A stretch of DNA of 64,000 bases from the IMG/VR virus record IMGVR_UViG_3300030339_000006; one strand, 5' to 3'. Both the position numbers and the translations under genes were made by a program. The notes below the pieces were generated by a model. It did no database searches. It was not told where the DNA came from and worked only from the letters and a program-made list of their open reading frames with translations. Shown one piece after another: positions 54,145-62,032 of this stretch (position 1 is its first letter; every line of letters starts with the position of its first letter). This stretch comes from a virus.

Positions 54145-54430
54145 TCTGGAACAAGCCGTGCATGATGGATTCGCTATTCTTACGGCCGCTATTGCTAAAG
54201 AGCGTAGCCAAGCAGTTGTTCAACGAGAGACTGACCAGCTCATGGTCAAGGTCATGACAGAGATCGACAAGGCCACCACTAAGGGCGCCTTCCGGATTGC
54301 CATGGAGATGGCTGCTGTTCCTGCGAATGTCTGTCGGCAGGCCGTTAAGGTACTGAAGGAAAAGGGTTTTGTTACTGACGTCAACGGGGCGGTACTCCGG
54401 GTCTCTTGGGGTGGAATGGATGATGCATAA
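54134..54430 (+). CDS. Family E protein
   Basis: LKEKGFV.....LRVSW. Confidence 0.6.
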   Translation: MKNDLEQAVHDGFAILTAAIAKERSQAVVQRETDQLMVKVMTEIDKATTKGAFRIAMEMAAVPANVCRQAVKVLKEKGFVTDVNGAVLRVSWGGMDDA

Positions 54431-54809
54431 GGATCTGCATCAGTACGAAAGCCCAGAGGCCTTCTTGGTGGAGTTCATTCCATACTTGGAGGCAACGCGG
54501 GAAGAAGACTGGGTGCAGGATGTCGTGCGGCGAGGTGGGCAGAACTGTTTGATGGGGCATTTCATCAACTTCTGTGAACACGACCTGGATGATAACGTTG
54601 CACCCTCTTGGGATTGGTTCGAGCAGATGGTCGCTACACCCTACATGGTGTACCCGGTCAATGACGGTACTGACCCCGATTATCCTCAGGGCTCCGCCCG
54701 TGAACGTTGTATTGCGTTCATGAAGGATATCCTCTCTGGTACCAAACCAAATACCCTCCGGGCAATGCAAGAAGATTACGAGGAGTGGAAATGCAGAAAT
54801 CACATGTAG
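54420..54809 (+). CDS. Hypothetical protein
   Basis: Coupled ORF; CLMGH, VNDG motifs. Confidence 0.55.
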   Translation: MMHKDLHQYESPEAFLVEFIPYLEATREEDWVQDVVRRGGQNCLMGHFINFCEHDLDDNVAPSWDWFEQMVATPYMVYPVNDGTDPDYPQGSARERCIAFMKDILSGTKPNTLRAMQEDYEEWKCRNHM

Positions 54810-55057
54810 CCCTGTGCGTTAATATGGCCGTGGGCTGCCGGCCTACCGAACCGAAAGCCGAGTGGCCGCTGACCATCGGTAACCTCGACCCGTGGCTCTC
54901 AGACTACTTCATCCAGGGTAAGGACATCGGGAAGACACGGCCCTCACTGAGCGACTTAGAGTTCCGCGTGCTGCTCAACGAATCTCAGAGTCTACGCGAG
55001 AACGAAGGGCTTCGTCAGGCAATGAAAGCTCGCTTACTGTCTTATAACTATAAATAG
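54791..55057 (+). CDS. Hypothetical protein
   Basis: GAGGAG RBS. Confidence 0.5.
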   Translation: MQKSHVALCVNMAVGCRPTEPKAEWPLTIGNLDPWLSDYFIQGKDIGKTRPSLSDLEFRVLLNESQSLRENEGLRQAMKARLLSYNYK

Positions 55058-55060
55058 TAC

Positions 55061-55090
55061 TTGACGAGCCCTTCGGGGCTCTGATAGTAT
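55061..55090 (+). promoter_or_regulatory. sigma70-type promoter overlapping a UUCG hairpin; may drive tRNA cluster 1
   Basis: TTGACG-18-TAGTAT with extended TG. Confidence 0.5.
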
Positions 55091-55120
55091 CACTCTTACC
55101 TTTTTAGCTGGAGAAACACT

Positions 55121-55405
55121 ATGTTGATTACCAACCAGTATAACGCCCGAGCAAAGAAGAATTTGACCCGCAGTCAGATTGAGACGCTCCTGGGACTGTC
55201 TAAGTACACCCGAGATCGTGCCCTGAGAGCCTTTGAAGCTCTGACGGATATCTCTCTGAGTACTGCGGATTACGACCTCCTGTTGCTCGTGAAGAGTATC
55301 GTGACGGAAGTCAAGAAAGATCCTGATCCCTTTAAGATGTTCGGGAAAGATGGCAGCCGCGGTCCGTGGGTCGTAACAGATATCCCACTGCAGGCAACGT
55401 TTTAA
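55121..55405 (+). CDS. Hypothetical protein
   Basis: GGAG RBS. Confidence 0.55.
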   Translation: MLITNQYNARAKKNLTRSQIETLLGLSKYTRDRALRAFEALTDISLSTADYDLLLLVKSIVTEVKKDPDPFKMFGKDGSRGPWVVTDIPLQATF

Positions 55406-55406
55406 T

Positions 55407-55483
55407 CTCGGTTTAGCTCAGTCTGGTAGAGCACTTGCTTTGGGAGCATGGGGTCGAAGGTTCGAGTCCTTCAGTCGAGACCA
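55407..55483 (+). tRNA. tRNA-Pro(TGG)
   Basis: Cloverleaf; loop TT-TGG-GA; encoded CCA. Confidence 0.9.
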
Positions 55484-55488
55484 AATTT

Positions 55489-55575
<87 letters not shown>

Positions 55576-55577
55576 CC

Positions 55578-55652
55578 GGGGATGTAGTTTAATTGGTAGA
55601 ACGTCTGCCTTGCACGCAGAAAACGAGGGTTCAAATCCCTACTTCTCCACCA
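55578..55652 (+). tRNA. tRNA-Ala(TGC)
   Basis: G3-U70 pair; CT-TGC-AC; CCA. Confidence 0.88.
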
Positions 55653-55692
55653 CTTCGATAGAGTCCTGGCTCTCTAAAACCGGGAGAATTTT

Positions 55693-55769
55693 GGGGCTAT
55701 AGTTTCAAACGGATAAAATACCCGCCTGTCACGCGGGAGATCCGGGTTCGATCCCCGGTAGCCTCGCCA
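55693..55769 (+). tRNA. tRNA-Asp(GTC)
   Basis: CT-GTC-AC; GCCA end. Confidence 0.9.
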
Positions 55770-55775
55770 TACAAT

Positions 55776-55863
55776 GGACCGATAGTTTAACGAGCCAGAG
55801 CTCGAAGGGAAACGCCCAGGCGCCAAATCTGGGAGGTGAGGTGAAAGTCCTCAGAGTCCGCCA
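55776..55863 (+). ncRNA. Atypical tRNA-like RNA (expanded D region; loop CG-CCA-AA; T-loop TGAAAGT)
   Basis: GGAC../..GTCC-G-CCA ends; CCCAGG/TCTGGG stem; TGAGG/CCTCA stem. Confidence 0.55.
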
Positions 55864-55866
55864 AAC

Positions 55867-55947
55867 ATACCTATCGTCTAACTAGGACGCTGCTGTAGCC
55901 GCATGTGCTTCAGGGAAATGCAGGTTAGACTCCTGCTGGGTATACCA
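55867..55947 (+). ncRNA. Atypical tRNA-like RNA (extended anticodon arm; loop CG-CAT-GT)
   Basis: ATACCTA/TGGGTAT acceptor plus ACCA; GCAGG-TTAGACT-CCTGC T arm. Confidence 0.6.
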
Positions 55948-55949
55948 CT

Positions 55950-56038
55950 GGAAGATTGGCTGAGCCGGTCGAAAGCAGCAGATTGCTAATCTGTAGATCC
56001 CCTGGGGTCCGTGGGTTCGAATCCCACATCTTCCTCCA
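55950..56038 (+). tRNA. tRNA-Ser(GCT)
   Basis: Long variable arm; TT-GCT-AA; CCA. Confidence 0.9.
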
Positions 56039-56100
56039 CACTAAGTTACTTTCTGAAATACCCCTTCCTCGTAAAATTCATTCAAGTAATGGAGGTTTCC

Positions 56101-56403
56101 ATGCGTGAATGGCTTATAAAACTCTTAGGAGGAATTGTGGACGAAAAACCTGTAAGTGAACTGACCCCGATCGTTGACTCAGCCCCGGCTGACGTACCTG
56201 CACCGGTAACGGACTTCGATAAAGTGAAGTCAGTCCTGGTACTGATCGACGCCGGTATCGACGAAGCCTATGATGACGCTCTGGCAATCGCCCAGAAAGT
56301 CGGTGGCGACGTGCAAGGCAAGCTCAAGGTGTTCCTGAACGTAGCCGGTTATGCCGTCCCTGCGTTTGACGACATCGTGGCTTTCATCAAGAAGCACGGT
56401 TAA
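56101..56403 (+). CDS. Hypothetical protein
   Basis: GGAGG RBS; followed by a terminator. Confidence 0.6.
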   Translation: MREWLIKLLGGIVDEKPVSELTPIVDSAPADVPAPVTDFDKVKSVLVLIDAGIDEAYDDALAIAQKVGGDVQGKLKVFLNVAGYAVPAFDDIVAFIKKHG

Positions 56404-56404
56404 G

Positions 56405-56429
56405 AAAAGGCTCCTCACGGGGCCTTTTT
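56405..56429 (+). terminator. Rho-independent terminator
   Basis: AAAAGGCTCC-TCAC-GGGGCCTTTTT. Confidence 0.7.
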
Positions 56430-56463
56430 CATGTTATCCTCCTGATTCACACAGGAGATCACC

Positions 56464-56886
56464 ATGTTAATCATTTCTGCATTCCCGGGAACGGGTAAAT
56501 CCTACTTCCACGAGAAGTTCCCTCACGTCGCCGACTCAGATTCGAGCCAGTTCGACAAACGTTACTTCCCAAGCAACTATCTCACCCACATTCAGAATCG
56601 CTACGAACGCGGTCTGTGCACCTTCGTGTCCAGTCATGAAGCTGTCCGTAAGTCGATCATTTCGTCAGGCCTTCCTTTCATGCTGGTGTACCCGGCCAAG
56701 GAATGCAAAGCGGAATACCTGGAACGTTACCGTCTTCGTGGTTCCCCACAGGCCTTCATCGATCTGATCGACGCCAACTGGGACGCGTGGCTGGATGGCT
56801 GTGCCGCTGAACAGGCAGAACACGTTGTGCTTAAGCCTGGCCAGTACCTCAGCGACGTCATCCAGTGGGGCTTCAGTTTGAAATAA
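56464..56886 (+). CDS. Small P-loop NTPase/kinase
   Basis: IISAFPGTGKS, DSDSS.F, Y..RG. Confidence 0.7.
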   Translation: MLIISAFPGTGKSYFHEKFPHVADSDSSQFDKRYFPSNYLTHIQNRYERGLCTFVSSHEAVRKSIISSGLPFMLVYPAKECKAEYLERYRLRGSPQAFIDLIDANWDAWLDGCAAEQAEHVVLKPGQYLSDVIQWGFSLK

Positions 56887-56899
56887 AAGAGTGTCTCCT

Positions 56900-56907
56900 G
56901 GTATAAG
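56900..56907 (+). promoter_or_regulatory. GGTATAAG phage promoter-like motif
   Basis: Intergenic; followed by TAAGGTAC. Confidence 0.6.
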
Positions 56908-56932
56908 TAAGGTACACAACCAGGAGATCTTC

Positions 56933-57199
56933 ATGAAACTCACTCTGAAACAAAAAGGCCTTCGCCAATTCACCGTCCTGTTCCACCGTAAGAACGTCCA
57001 CTCTTTCTATCTGCCGGAAGACGAATCGCTGGCCTACGACCGTATCTACCAGATTCTCGATGAGACCGCCCCAACGCAGGACCCGGTAGACTTCTTCGAT
57101 GGCATGCATGACGCCGGCAACTCCCTGTTCCGGGCCTTCCGGGATAGACATCCGACGTCGTTCTACTGCGGGGCGGTGTGTCTCACTCTGGAGAAGTAG
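56933..57199 (+). CDS. Hypothetical protein
   Basis: AGGAG RBS. Confidence 0.55.
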   Translation: MKLTLKQKGLRQFTVLFHRKNVHSFYLPEDESLAYDRIYQILDETAPTQDPVDFFDGMHDAGNSLFRAFRDRHPTSFYCGAVCLTLEK

Positions 57200-57200
57200 T

Positions 57201-57707
57201 ATGCTCGAACACCTGCTTAGTCGTCACTATGACCCCGCTCGTTACCCGACGCAGTGGATCACCGACAACCAACTCGTCGTTCCGCTCTTTGATTTCATCG
57301 GGCGGCTTCGTGGCTGCCTGACCTACACCCGAGATGCCCCGAAGGAGCACGAGAATCCCCGCTTGAAGCGGTATCTTCCTCGAGCACCGGCAGGGTATCA
57401 ACCCCTCTGGGGTACTGAACTCCCGGTGAAAACCGGAGTCGTTTTCCTGACGGAATCCATCTTCAAGTCCGCTTCGCTGCACGCCCTGGGGTATGACTCG
57501 TGGGCGGTCTGTTCGTCGGCCCTGTCGGATCCTCTCTACCAGCAGCTCATGACCCTGCCCTACCAGTTCGTCTGTCTGGGCGACGATGATAAAGCCGGTC
57601 GGGAGCTTGCCCGCTCGTTAAAGTACGGCGCCACCTCAAGGGACTTGGATGAGTTGACCGTCCCGGAGCGTCTGGCGGTGATAAAACAATTTGACTTCCT
57701 TTTTTGA
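57201..57707 (+). CDS. Stand-alone TOPRIM (primase-like) domain protein
   Basis: PLF...G.L.G...Y, LWG, FLTESIF, GDDDKAG. Confidence 0.65.
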   Translation: MLEHLLSRHYDPARYPTQWITDNQLVVPLFDFIGRLRGCLTYTRDAPKEHENPRLKRYLPRAPAGYQPLWGTELPVKTGVVFLTESIFKSASLHALGYDSWAVCSSALSDPLYQQLMTLPYQFVCLGDDDKAGRELARSLKYGATSRDLDELTVPERLAVIKQFDFLF

Positions 57708-57728
57708 TTCCCTTAAACTTCAGTCACT

Positions 57729-57810
57729 GGGGGATTGGCAGAGCGGTCGAATGCGCCTGACTGTAAATCAGGTATCCCACACGGTGGTTCAAATCCATCA
57801 TCCCCCACCA
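57729..57810 (+). tRNA. tRNA-Tyr(GTA)
   Basis: CT-GTA-AA; ACCA end. Confidence 0.9.
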
Positions 57811-57811
57811 T

Positions 57812-57886
57812 TGGAGTGTAGCCAAGCGGAAAGGCACTGGTCTCTGAAGCCGGTATGCGGTGGTTCGATCCCACCCACTCCAGCCA
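57812..57886 (+). tRNA. tRNA-Gln(CTG)
   Basis: U1-A72; CT-CTG-AA; GCCA. Confidence 0.9.
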
Positions 57887-57888
57887 TC

Positions 57889-57974
57889 GCAGGAATGATG
57901 GAAAGTAGACATAGGCATCGTCGGATGTCTTGCCGGTTGGCATTGGGAGGTTAGAGTCCTCTCTTCCTGCACCA
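57889..57974 (+). ncRNA. Leu-type tRNA body with an aberrant anticodon loop (CGTCGG)
   Basis: GCAGGAA/TTCCTGC plus ACCA; long variable arm TGCC-GGTT-GGCA; 6-bp T stem. Confidence 0.6.
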
Positions 57975-57978
57975 CTTT

Positions 57979-58061
57979 TGAAGAAGATAGTCGGACTGGT
58001 TGCACCAGGCGGAAAATTAGCAGACATTGGGTTCGAGTCCCTACTTGCTATCTTCTTCACC
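57979..58061 (+). ncRNA. Structured RNA with a T-arm and a 12-bp closing stem
   Basis: TGAAGAAGATAG/CTATCTTCTTCA; GGG-TTCGAGT-CCC; CTGGT-TGC-ACCAG. Confidence 0.5.
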
Positions 58062-58068
58062 TAACGAT

Positions 58069-58143
58069 TGGGGTTTAGTTTAGTTGGTAAAACACCGGGC
58101 TTTGATCCCGGTATCGGGGGTTCGATCCCCTCAACCCCTGCCA
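58069..58143 (+). tRNA. tRNA-Gln(TTG)
   Basis: CT-TTG-AT; GCCA. Confidence 0.9.
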
Positions 58144-58152
58144 CGAGGATTT

Positions 58153-58347
58153 ATGATAATCTCCCTAACCATCTTCATTTTATCGTTCATCGCTATACTT
58201 GCGGCTATCTCTGCAGGTACTTACTTTGGTATGAAGCACCAAGGATGTACTCCTCAGCAGGCTCATGTTGCGACCAAGATCGTACTGTATTCTGTGGCGA
58301 TTACTTTCATGCTCATCAACCAGTTAGGCCCTATCCACATACTGTGA
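58153..58347 (+). CDS. Small two-TM protein
   Basis: GAGGA RBS; hydrophobic. Confidence 0.55.
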   Translation: MIISLTIFILSFIAILAAISAGTYFGMKHQGCTPQQAHVATKIVLYSVAITFMLINQLGPIHIL

Positions 58348-58354
58348 GGTTCTT

Positions 58355-58552
58355 ATGGCTATCGTCGGTTTCATCATCTGCTTTATCTTCAGTTTGATCA
58401 TCACTCTCGTCCTCCCTTTCTTCTGCGTCATCGGTGCTGCCTTCAGTGGTAAATCCGGAGAAGGCTGGTGGGCCCTTGTACCATTCGCCATCGGGTGCGG
58501 TTTACTCTACCTGACTATCGCTAATTCTCCGTTCCATATCGCCATCTCGTAA
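58355..58552 (+). CDS. Small two-TM protein
   Basis: GAGGT RBS; hydrophobic. Confidence 0.55.
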   Translation: MAIVGFIICFIFSLIITLVLPFFCVIGAAFSGKSGEGWWALVPFAIGCGLLYLTIANSPFHIAIS

Positions 58553-58553
58553 T

Positions 58554-58561
58554 GGTATAAG
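58554..58561 (+). promoter_or_regulatory. GGTATAAG phage promoter-like motif
   Basis: Directly before a tRNA-like element. Confidence 0.6.
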
Positions 58562-58571
58562 TAATGTGAGA

Positions 58572-58645
58572 AAGACAAGTAGCTCAACTGGTTAGAGCAT
58601 AATCATACCCGATTAGTGTTGGGGGTTCGAGTCCCCCCTGTCTTA
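58572..58645 (+). ncRNA. tRNA-like RNA or tRNA pseudogene (6-nt loop ATACCC, no CCA)
   Basis: Canonical D arm TAGCTCAACTGGTTAGAGC and T arm GGGGG-TTCGAGT-CCCCC. Confidence 0.6.
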
Positions 58646-58675
58646 GCTTTAAAATCTCCCTATTAGGAGAACTTC

Positions 58676-59452
58676 ATGGAAAAAGAATCTGGCTTCATCA
58701 TGACCGCCCTCGGTGGCCACGCCCTGCAGAACATCGCCGGGGCGAAACTCGTTAAATCAAAAAGCTTTATCACGGATACCGCCAAGCATTTGACTGCTGG
58801 AGCACTGGGGCGTAATGGCCGTAATGGTACTCTGAAGGAAGGCTTGAAGACGGCAGTGACCAGTGTCGGTGTGCCGGAAGCGGTAATGGCTCACAACCGT
58901 GCGTATGCTGCAGGACAGGGATTACACCATCGAGCCAAAGCTCTCGGGGTTAACCTGGAGAATCTTGGTCGTCGTGACGTCGCGAAAATGCGAATGGCAG
59001 CAGAAGGCCGTCTTCCGGAGAAACACCGCACACCTCTCACGGACCGAGCTCGAGATCTCTTGAAGGGTAATCACCTTCCGAAGAAGACGTTGAAGGCCGG
59101 GCACATTAAGGAGATTATGAAGCGTCCTGCAGGTAACCTTAAGCCCCACAGCACCAAGGCAATCGTCGCTGGGAACGCCGTAGCGTCGGTAGCAGAACCG
59201 GGAATCGGGGTGTTAAACGCCGCTAAGTTTGCGACGGAGCACAAGGGCTTCCAGAAAACCCGAGTGGGTAAATACATCGAGCACAACTTCGTGCACAAAC
59301 CGTTGACCGACGCCTTTAAGAAAGGTGCGACAGGCCAGGCGGTGAATAAGGCGAAGGAGTTGGGCTACAAATATGGCGTCAACGGGGCCGTTGGTGAAGC
59401 AATCTCACAGGCTCATAAGGCCGGGGCTAAAGCAGTCGGGAGAGTAAAATGA
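58676..59452 (+). CDS. Basic Gly/Ala-rich protein (candidate virion internal protein)
   Basis: Lys/Ala/Gly-rich; begins MEKESG. Confidence 0.6.
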   Translation: MEKESGFIMTALGGHALQNIAGAKLVKSKSFITDTAKHLTAGALGRNGRNGTLKEGLKTAVTSVGVPEAVMAHNRAYAAGQGLHHRAKALGVNLENLGRRDVAKMRMAAEGRLPEKHRTPLTDRARDLLKGNHLPKKTLKAGHIKEIMKRPAGNLKPHSTKAIVAGNAVASVAEPGIGVLNAAKFATEHKGFQKTRVGKYIEHNFVHKPLTDAFKKGATGQAVNKAKELGYKYGVNGAVGEAISQAHKAGAKAVGRVK

Positions 59453-59508
59453 CAGGCATCGGGATTATCGCAGTAGCCATCATCATCGTCTGGTGGTGGA
59501 ATCGATGA
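59449..59508 (+). CDS. 19-aa hydrophobic peptide [19 protein letters not shown]
   Basis: ATGA overlaps on both sides; GGAG RBS. Confidence 0.4.
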   Translation: MTGIGIIAVAIIIVWWWNR

Positions 59509-59651
59509 GCTACGAACATAAACGTGGTGACATCAAGGAGAGCGCCGTAAAGGCGCTACTCTTCGACCCTCTTTTTAGACAGCGAATTGTGGTGGCTAAG
59601 AAGGGGAAGGGGTCCTATCGCCGTGTCAAAGCGGCAAAGGCTTACCCATAA
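59505..59651 (+). CDS. arfA: Alternative ribosome rescue factor A (48 aa, C-terminally trimmed)
   Basis: [40 protein letters not shown] matches the ArfA signature ALL.DPLFRQR....KKGKGSY.R. Confidence 0.9.
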   Translation: MSYEHKRGDIKESAVKALLFDPLFRQRIVVAKKGKGSYRRVKAAKAYP

Positions 59652-59802
59652 ACTTCGTGATCTTCGGCGGCTTGAATCCTACGGTCGCCTTAACCTTTTC
59701 AACCAGCTGACTCACTGAGCCCTGGCGGATCGCCTTCGGTCCCGGGATCACCGAGTTCGAAGCGACATTGTAATTCTGCGTGTAACGTGCGGGATTAATC
59801 AT
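59626..59802 (-). CDS. 58-aa basic protein converging on and overlapping arfA
   Basis: GGAGGT RBS; [11 protein letters not shown]...KPLPL. Confidence 0.5.
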   Translation of the reverse strand: MINPARYTQNYNVASNSVIPGPKAIRQGSVSQLVEKVKATVGFKPPKITKFMGKPLPL

Positions 59803-59816
59803 AGCGTACCTCCAAA

Positions 59817-59845
59817 TTGATTTTACCCTGCCGTCAGTGTATAGT
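59817..59845 (+). promoter_or_regulatory. sigma70-type promoter
   Basis: TTGATT-17-TATAGT. Confidence 0.55.
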
Positions 59846-59867
59846 CGAGTAAAACAGGAGGCCTCCT

Positions 59868-60374
59868 ATGCTGCAACACATGCTCGTCACTGGATTCGAA
59901 TGCTCTAACGTCGCCAATCCAGAAACCGTCACCAAAATCACTGACTTCTCTTCAGCATCCGCCTGCACCGATGCCCTACTCGCTGTCCTGGCTGAAAAGC
60001 CCGGCAACTTCGTGTCTGTCTACATCGAGCTGTACAAAGAGTTAGAAAACGCCCATCCCTGGGACGAAATCATCATTCGCTACGCCTTTACCGGCGACCC
60101 CAATATCCTGATGTGCTCCATCATGGATTACGAGGGGGTGAGCCTCACCCAGGGTTTCTTCATCAGCATCAACCGGGAGACGAGAAAACTCGGTGGATTA
60201 CGCTCAGATGGACGTTCTGACGACGACGCGAAGGACGAAGTGATTAAAATCATCAAGGAATACGGAATGCACATCGACAGCGGAGTCCGCTGGAGTGCCT
60301 TCCTGCTGCATCAGTATCTGAGCGGCAACCTCGATAATTACTTCTCAGAAGAACGCTACATGGAGATCCACTAA
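59868..60374 (+). CDS. Hypothetical protein
   Basis: AGGAGG RBS. Confidence 0.65.
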   Translation: MLQHMLVTGFECSNVANPETVTKITDFSSASACTDALLAVLAEKPGNFVSVYIELYKELENAHPWDEIIIRYAFTGDPNILMCSIMDYEGVSLTQGFFISINRETRKLGGLRSDGRSDDDAKDEVIKIIKEYGMHIDSGVRWSAFLLHQYLSGNLDNYFSEERYMEIH

Positions 60375-62032
60375 TGACTGAGACCACCAAGACTCTTCAC
60401 CAACGTGTGTCGAGCCTGATCAAGAACCCGAAGCGTGTCAAGGGTGTGATCAAAGAAGCCGGCGTGCGTTTCGTACCGCCATCCCATTACCTTAAAGGTA
60501 AGAACGTTGCTGAGGCAGCGGAAAAGATCAAACAACTAAAAGCCCCGAAAGGGCTCAACGGAGAGACGCCAGTGCCTGGAGCATCTAAGTTTTTCAAAGA
60601 AGCAAGCCTGCTTGATACCGCTCGCGGTCTGATCAAAGCGGCCAAAGATGAAGCGGCCAAGGGTGCTGCAGCCGGTGCCGCTATCGGTGCGGCGAGTACG
60701 GCCGGCAAGATTTACAACGGCAAGCGCATTCTTGAACGCGGTGCAACGGCCCGTGGCGGTGTAGCGAATCCTAAGACGATCGCCCGCCTGGCCAAGACTA
60801 AGCTGAAACGCTCCATCCCAGGGATTGCCGGGGCAGCCGCTATCGGTGCCGCCGCCGGAGCTGCGATCAAAGGAATGAAGAAGGAAGCCAGTATCGCATC
60901 CACTGCTAACCGTGCCGGGCGTGCGGTAGAAGCCTTCAAGGCTCGTACTAAGATGAAACCGGTCTTCGAAATGGCTGACGTGAAGGGTAAAGCGAAGGCG
61001 GCCCTGAAGAAAGCTGTCGTTCCTGCTGCTGTCCTGGCCGGTGGCGTTGCTGTCACTAAGAAGAACGAGAGCATGAAGAAGGAAGCTTCTGAACTCGTGA
61101 TGAAAGATGGCAAGAAGTACCGTAAAGGTACCGTTGCATCTGCGGCGAATAAGGTCGGTACTGCCGGTGCCGTTCTCGGTGCCATAAAGGGTAAGGGTAT
61201 CAAGCAGATTGCCAAGGGTGCTCTGAGTGGTTCCGTTCTCGGCGGTGGCTACGGTACTCTGCGTGGGGCCAACCGTATCCGTAAGGGTGAGATCTCTCTG
61301 GATAAGAAGGAAATGTCCCAGCTGACCAAGAAGGCGGCGGAGAAGTTGACCCACAAGGGTGTGACTTACCGTCGTGGTACCGTCGGTTCTGCCGCTAAGA
61401 AAATGGCAGTCGGCGGTGCAGCTCTCGGTGCTGGTGTAGGTATGGCAGGTATGGGCCCTGCCGGTGGCGCCATGGCCGTCCCGGGAGCTGCTCAGGGTGC
61501 CGTTACCGGGGCGCTGTACGGCCTGGCCCGCGGTGTCCTGCGTGCTCAGAAGGGTGAGCGCTCAATGGCTCCGGCCGAGTTTGACCGTTTGAAACACCGT
61601 CTGACCAAGGAGGCGGCGGAGTTGATAATTCGCGACGGGAAAAAGTACCGTAAGGGCAACGATGCTTCTGCAACGGCCTTAATGGGGGGTATCAATGCCA
61701 CCCTTGCAGTTCCTAACGCGGTTAAAACTGTGCAGCAACACCGTACAGCGGGGATTAAGGTCCCTACTAAAGCAATAGCGAAATACCTCGGAGCGGCTAC
61801 TGCTGCTGGGGCTGCAACGGGTTACATCTACTCCAAGGTCCGTGGAATCGGTCGTGATCGTCGAGGCGAAACCTCTGTATCCCACACTCGTTTCCAAGAG
61901 CTGAAGAAGAAAGCGGAACTCTCCGTCGGTGACAAGGGTACCGAAGAGATGAAGAAGGTTGTTAAATCCGGTGGTAAATCAGGCAAGATGGCCCAAATGA
62001 AAGGGTCTGATAAAGGTCCTAAGGGGGCATAA
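60374..62032 (+). CDS. Basic Gly/Ala-rich modular protein with repeated K-E-A-[AS] motifs (candidate internal head/ejection polyprotein)
   Basis: About 8 KEA/KKA motifs; three G..YR(K/R)G...GE.S modules; glycine-zipper helices. Confidence 0.65.
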   Translation: MTETTKTLHQRVSSLIKNPKRVKGVIKEAGVRFVPPSHYLKGKNVAEAAEKIKQLKAPKGLNGETPVPGASKFFKEASLLDTARGLIKAAKDEAAKGAAAGAAIGAASTAGKIYNGKRILERGATARGGVANPKTIARLAKTKLKRSIPGIAGAAAIGAAAGAAIKGMKKEASIASTANRAGRAVEAFKARTKMKPVFEMADVKGKAKAALKKAVVPAAVLAGGVAVTKKNESMKKEASELVMKDGKKYRKGTVASAANKVGTAGAVLGAIKGKGIKQIAKGALSGSVLGGGYGTLRGANRIRKGEISLDKKEMSQLTKKAAEKLTHKGVTYRRGTVGSAAKKMAVGGAALGAGVGMAGMGPAGGAMAVPGAAQGAVTGALYGLARGVLRAQKGERSMAPAEFDRLKHRLTKEAAELIIRDGKKYRKGNDASATALMGGINATLAVPNAVKTVQQHRTAGIKVPTKAIAKYLGAATAAGAATGYIYSKVRGIGRDRRGETSVSHTRFQELKKKAELSVGDKGTEEMKKVVKSGGKSGKMAQMKGSDKGPKGA

